A stretch of DNA of 61,618 nt, the filler included. It is 5 parts of 5 records of this genome, joined end to end, with 100 filler letters (N's around TTAATTAATTAA, not from the genome) between each part and the next. Parts side by side here need not be neighbours in the genome. Positions count along the whole stretch, not along the records: positions 58,595 to 61,618 come from SRR20825010_4461; 4 more parts are not named here. One strand, given 5' to 3'. Shown here piece by piece: positions 58,825 through 61,618 of the stretch. Within the stretch, counting starts at the first letter, position 1, and every line of letters begins with the position of its first letter. The position numbers were made by a program, and so were the translations under genes. The notes beneath the pieces were generated by a model, which did not search any database, had not been told where the DNA came from, and worked only from the letters and a program-made list of their open reading frames with translations.

Positions 58825-60675
58825 ATGCCCTCCTGCGCCGTCCGAGCACCTCTCTTGCACCACCGGCTTCCCGCATCGTTTATCGTCGTCGCAGCAACCC
58901 TGCTGTCGATCGCAGGTTCAACGGATGCATTCGCAGCCGAACCGCCCACCTTGATCGTACAGAAATGCGAGGACTTCGAGGTCACCGGCCATGGCGACAA
59001 CCAGGCCTGGGAAGCATGCGACTGGGTTTCGTTGAACCGGCGCGGCAACGGGCAACTCGATTACCAATCGCGGTTCAAGATGCTGTACTCGGACAACGGC
59101 GTCTACGTCTTGTTCGACGGTGCTGACCAAAGGCTGACCGCCACGATGCAGGCAGACTTCTTGGACCTTTGGAACGAAGACGTTTTCGAATGTTTCTTCT
59201 GGACCAACGAAAAGGATCCGGTCTACTTCGAATACGAAATCTCGCCGCTCGGGTTTGAGCTGCCGATCCTGGTGCCTAATTTGGATGGGAAGTTCCTCGG
59301 TTGGCGTCCCTGGCACTACGAAGGCGATAAGAAGATTCAAAAGAAGGTCTCTGCAACGGGCGGCAAAAACGAATCGATGAGCACCGTCACCGGATGGCGT
59401 GCTGAAGTCTTCTTTCCTTATGCCGTCTTGGAACCACTTCGAAATGTCCCGCCCAAAACAGGAACTCAGTGGCGGGCCAACATCTACCGCGTTGACTACG
59501 ACCAAAAGAAAACCACCGGTTGGGATTGGGCGCGGGTTGGCCCCAGCTTCCACGACATTGAAAACTTCGGGACCTTGGTGTTCGGCAAAGTCGTCGAATC
59601 CGAAAAGCCCCAGGACAACATCCGTGACTTGAAACTTGCGGACTGGCAGCCAAAGTCGATGCTGAAGACCAAGGTCACTCGCGTCAACACGCCCTCGTAT
59701 CCAGTCATCGACGTTCACAACCATCTCGGCGGCGGTGCCAACGTGCTGACGGAAGAACGCGTCAAACGTTACCTGCAAGTCATGGACGAGGCCAACGTTG
59801 AAACGGTCATCAACCTGGACGGAGGCTGGGATGACAAGCTGGAGGAAACCGTCGCCGCCCTGGACACCGCTCATCCGGGCCGGTTCCTCACCTTCGCACT
59901 GATCAACCTGCGTGATTTTGAAACCGAAGGCTGGTCCGAGCGAGAAACCGCGCGGCTACGCAAAAGTTTCGAAGCTGGTGCGAAGGGGCTCAAGTTCCAT
60001 AAATCATTGGGGCTGTCCTACCGGAACCAAGCCGGCAACCTGCTCACGATCGATGACGAACGGCTGGATCCGATCTGGGAATTGTGCGGAGAGATGAAAC
60101 GCCCCGTGATGATTCATACCGCTGACCCAGCCGCCTTCTTCACGCCTCTGGATCGGTTCAACGAACGCTGGCACGAATTGAACGCGCACCCAGGTTGGGT
60201 GTTCCATGGCGACCGCTACCCGTCGCGTGAAGAACTGCTGGAACAACGCAACCGAGCGATCGCGAAGCATCCCAACACGACCTTCATCGGGGCTCACTTC
60301 GGCAACAATCCGGAAGACCTGGAAACCGTGGGGCAGTGGCTCGACCAGTACCCGAACTTCCACATCGACATCGACGCTCGGATCTCCGAACTGGGACGGC
60401 AACCGTACAGCAGCCGTAAGTTCTTTCTCAAGTACCAAGACCGAATCTTGTTCGGTACCGACACGACTCCGGATCCCAATGCCTACCGGTTGTACTATCG
60501 CTTCCTGGAAACCGACGACGAGTACTTCGACACCGCCGAATCGCACCACCGGCAAGGCTTCTGGAACATCTACGGCATCTTCCTGCCTGACAGCGTTCTT
60601 GAAAAGGTTTACCGCGGCAACGCAGCCCGAATCCTGGGCCTGAAGTCACCTGTCAACGCCGCCAGCAAAAAATGA
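58825..60675 (+). CDS. Secreted CBM9-like domain and amidohydrolase fusion
   Basis: Signal peptide; DLWNEDVFECFF, YFEYEISP, WRANIYRVD; IDVHNH, GLKFHK, IHTAD, AHFG, FGTD; start 58825 assumed. Confidence 0.8.
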   Translation: MPSCAVRAPLLHHRLPASFIVVAATLLSIAGSTDAFAAEPPTLIVQKCEDFEVTGHGDNQAWEACDWVSLNRRGNGQLDYQSRFKMLYSDNGVYVLFDGADQRLTATMQADFLDLWNEDVFECFFWTNEKDPVYFEYEISPLGFELPILVPNLDGKFLGWRPWHYEGDKKIQKKVSATGGKNESMSTVTGWRAEVFFPYAVLEPLRNVPPKTGTQWRANIYRVDYDQKKTTGWDWARVGPSFHDIENFGTLVFGKVVESEKPQDNIRDLKLADWQPKSMLKTKVTRVNTPSYPVIDVHNHLGGGANVLTEERVKRYLQVMDEANVETVINLDGGWDDKLEETVAALDTAHPGRFLTFALINLRDFETEGWSERETARLRKSFEAGAKGLKFHKSLGLSYRNQAGNLLTIDDERLDPIWELCGEMKRPVMIHTADPAAFFTPLDRFNERWHELNAHPGWVFHGDRYPSREELLEQRNRAIAKHPNTTFIGAHFGNNPEDLETVGQWLDQYPNFHIDIDARISELGRQPYSSRKFFLKYQDRILFGTDTTPDPNAYRLYYRFLETDDEYFDTAESHHRQGFWNIYGIFLPDSVLEKVYRGNAARILGLKSPVNAASKK

Positions 60676-61490
60676 AAGACATCCCAGTGCGACGATTTGT
60701 TTGGACATTCTTCATCCTCCTCTTCGCGGCATTCGTCAGCGCAGGCGAACCGCAGTCGCTGACAAACGTCTCGAGCCGCGTCCAAACACCAAAACCGCTC
60801 ACCGAAGGCGGTGTGGTGCTCACCTTTGACGACCGCAACTTCCAGGACTGGATCCAGGCGTTGCCGCTGTTGGATGAGTTTGGCGTCCAAGCCACCTTCT
60901 TCATCAGTGGGAAGATCGACGGCCCGGCGCTCAAAGCAATTCAGAAACTCCAAGCTCACGGGCATGCGATCGGTTCGCACAGCGTCAACCATCTCAAAGC
61001 GGTGGAGTACTTCGAAGAAAACTCCGCCGAAACTTTCTTGCGACGTGAGATCACTCCTCAGCTGAACGAGTTTCAGGTCGCAGGTGTCGCTGCGGTCTGC
61101 TTCGCCTACCCGATGAGTCGCAACAATGCCGCGACGGACGAGGCGTTATTGAACGTTTTCCGGCATTTGCGGACGGGCAAAAGCATTGCGGCCAACGAAC
61201 GACTCAGCGAACAAGATGCCTTCTTCGTTCCAGCGGCCAAGATCGCTGAGCAGGGGTGTTTGCCCGGCAAAGGAATCGACTTCGCGCCGACTCGGCCCGA
61301 TCGAACGTATGAACAGATTGACGGCGCGTTCGATCGCGCTGCCAAAAACAACGAGATCATCGTGCTCTATGCCCATCGCATTGCCGAATCCGGAAACGGC
61401 AATTTCATCACCCCCGAAGCCCTCACCCGCATCCTGCAAAGTGCCAAGCAACGAGGCCGCTGGTTCTACACCTTCAACGACCTGCCCTAA
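60672..61490 (+). CDS. Secreted polysaccharide deacetylase (NodB/CE4-like)
   Basis: LTFDD, ATFFI, HAIGSHSVNH, FAYP; ATGA overlap with the upstream gene. Confidence 0.88.
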   Translation: MKDIPVRRFVWTFFILLFAAFVSAGEPQSLTNVSSRVQTPKPLTEGGVVLTFDDRNFQDWIQALPLLDEFGVQATFFISGKIDGPALKAIQKLQAHGHAIGSHSVNHLKAVEYFEENSAETFLRREITPQLNEFQVAGVAAVCFAYPMSRNNAATDEALLNVFRHLRTGKSIAANERLSEQDAFFVPAAKIAEQGCLPGKGIDFAPTRPDRTYEQIDGAFDRAAKNNEIIVLYAHRIAESGNGNFITPEALTRILQSAKQRGRWFYTFNDLP

Positions 61491-61493
61491 AAA

Positions 61494-61560
61494 GTGGCCT
61501 AGGCTTCTAGGCTGTGATGGAACCTGAACTTCGCCCTTCGTATTCACAAGCTAGAAGCCT
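61494..61560. repeat. REPIN-like pair related to the 46583 family
   Basis: GTGGCCTAGGCTTCTAGGCTGTGA ... TCACAAGCTAGAAGCCT; second arm interrupted. Confidence 0.65.
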
Positions 61561-61582
61561 TTTTGTACCCGACATCTTTTCG

Positions 61583-61618
61583 GAGCCACTTGCGTTGGGA
61601 ATACAGGCGTTTTGAAGC
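61583..61618 (+). repeat. Direct repeat, copy 2
   Basis: GAGCCACTTGCGTTGGGAATACAGGCGTTTTGAAGC, running to the window end. Confidence 0.85.

Noticed and set aside
45316-59874. Long antisense ORFs (e.g. 45316-46422, 48197-49081, 52956-53882, 58918-59874)
   Set aside because: Shadow frames of real genes in GC-rich DNA, with no recognisable motifs

Overview
The window is not one locus. It is five unrelated contigs joined by 100-nt artificial linkers (44 N + TTAATTAATTAA + 44 N). (1) 1-13017, Bacteroidota-like: an RHH/PIN toxin-antitoxin pair plus a GntR-regulated polysaccharide utilisation locus (GH38-like enzyme, DUF5005/DUF4185-like lipoprotein, surface lipoprotein, SusC, SusD, partial isomerase-like gene). 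(2) 13118-37621, Marinobacter-like gammaproteobacterial housekeeping block: hisG, murA, ibaG, mla genes, kdsDC, lptCAB, rpoN, hpf, ptsN, rapZ, npr, mgtE, yjgA, nitrilase, yhdP, rng, maf, mreDCB. (3) 37722-55308, Rhodopirellula-like planctomycete: a Tad/Flp pilus cluster, a PQQ-type beta-propeller, a DUF58-transglutaminase-MoxR operon, two His-rich CxxC...RGPP (DUF2946-like) ORFs and many REP-type palindromes. (4) 55409-58494, Gimesia-like planctomycete: a heme-c protein C-terminus and at least three tandem secretin-N-like paralogs. (5) 58595-61618, planctomycete-like: a CBM9-amidohydrolase fusion and a polysaccharide deacetylase. Taxonomic and family calls come from recognising sequence motifs, not from database searches. 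The best candidate for an undescribed system is in contig 3. Two putative metal-sensing ribosome-arrest leader peptides lie upstream of the Tad pilus cluster and the MoxR operon. In one, the RGPP-proximal codons can base-pair with the next gene's Shine-Dalgarno region. An 11-bp motif (GGTCCGACCAA) recurs upstream of all four 5' gene starts in this region. A second notable feature is a REP-derived 84-codon in-frame insertion in the prepilin leader of a TadG-like gene.
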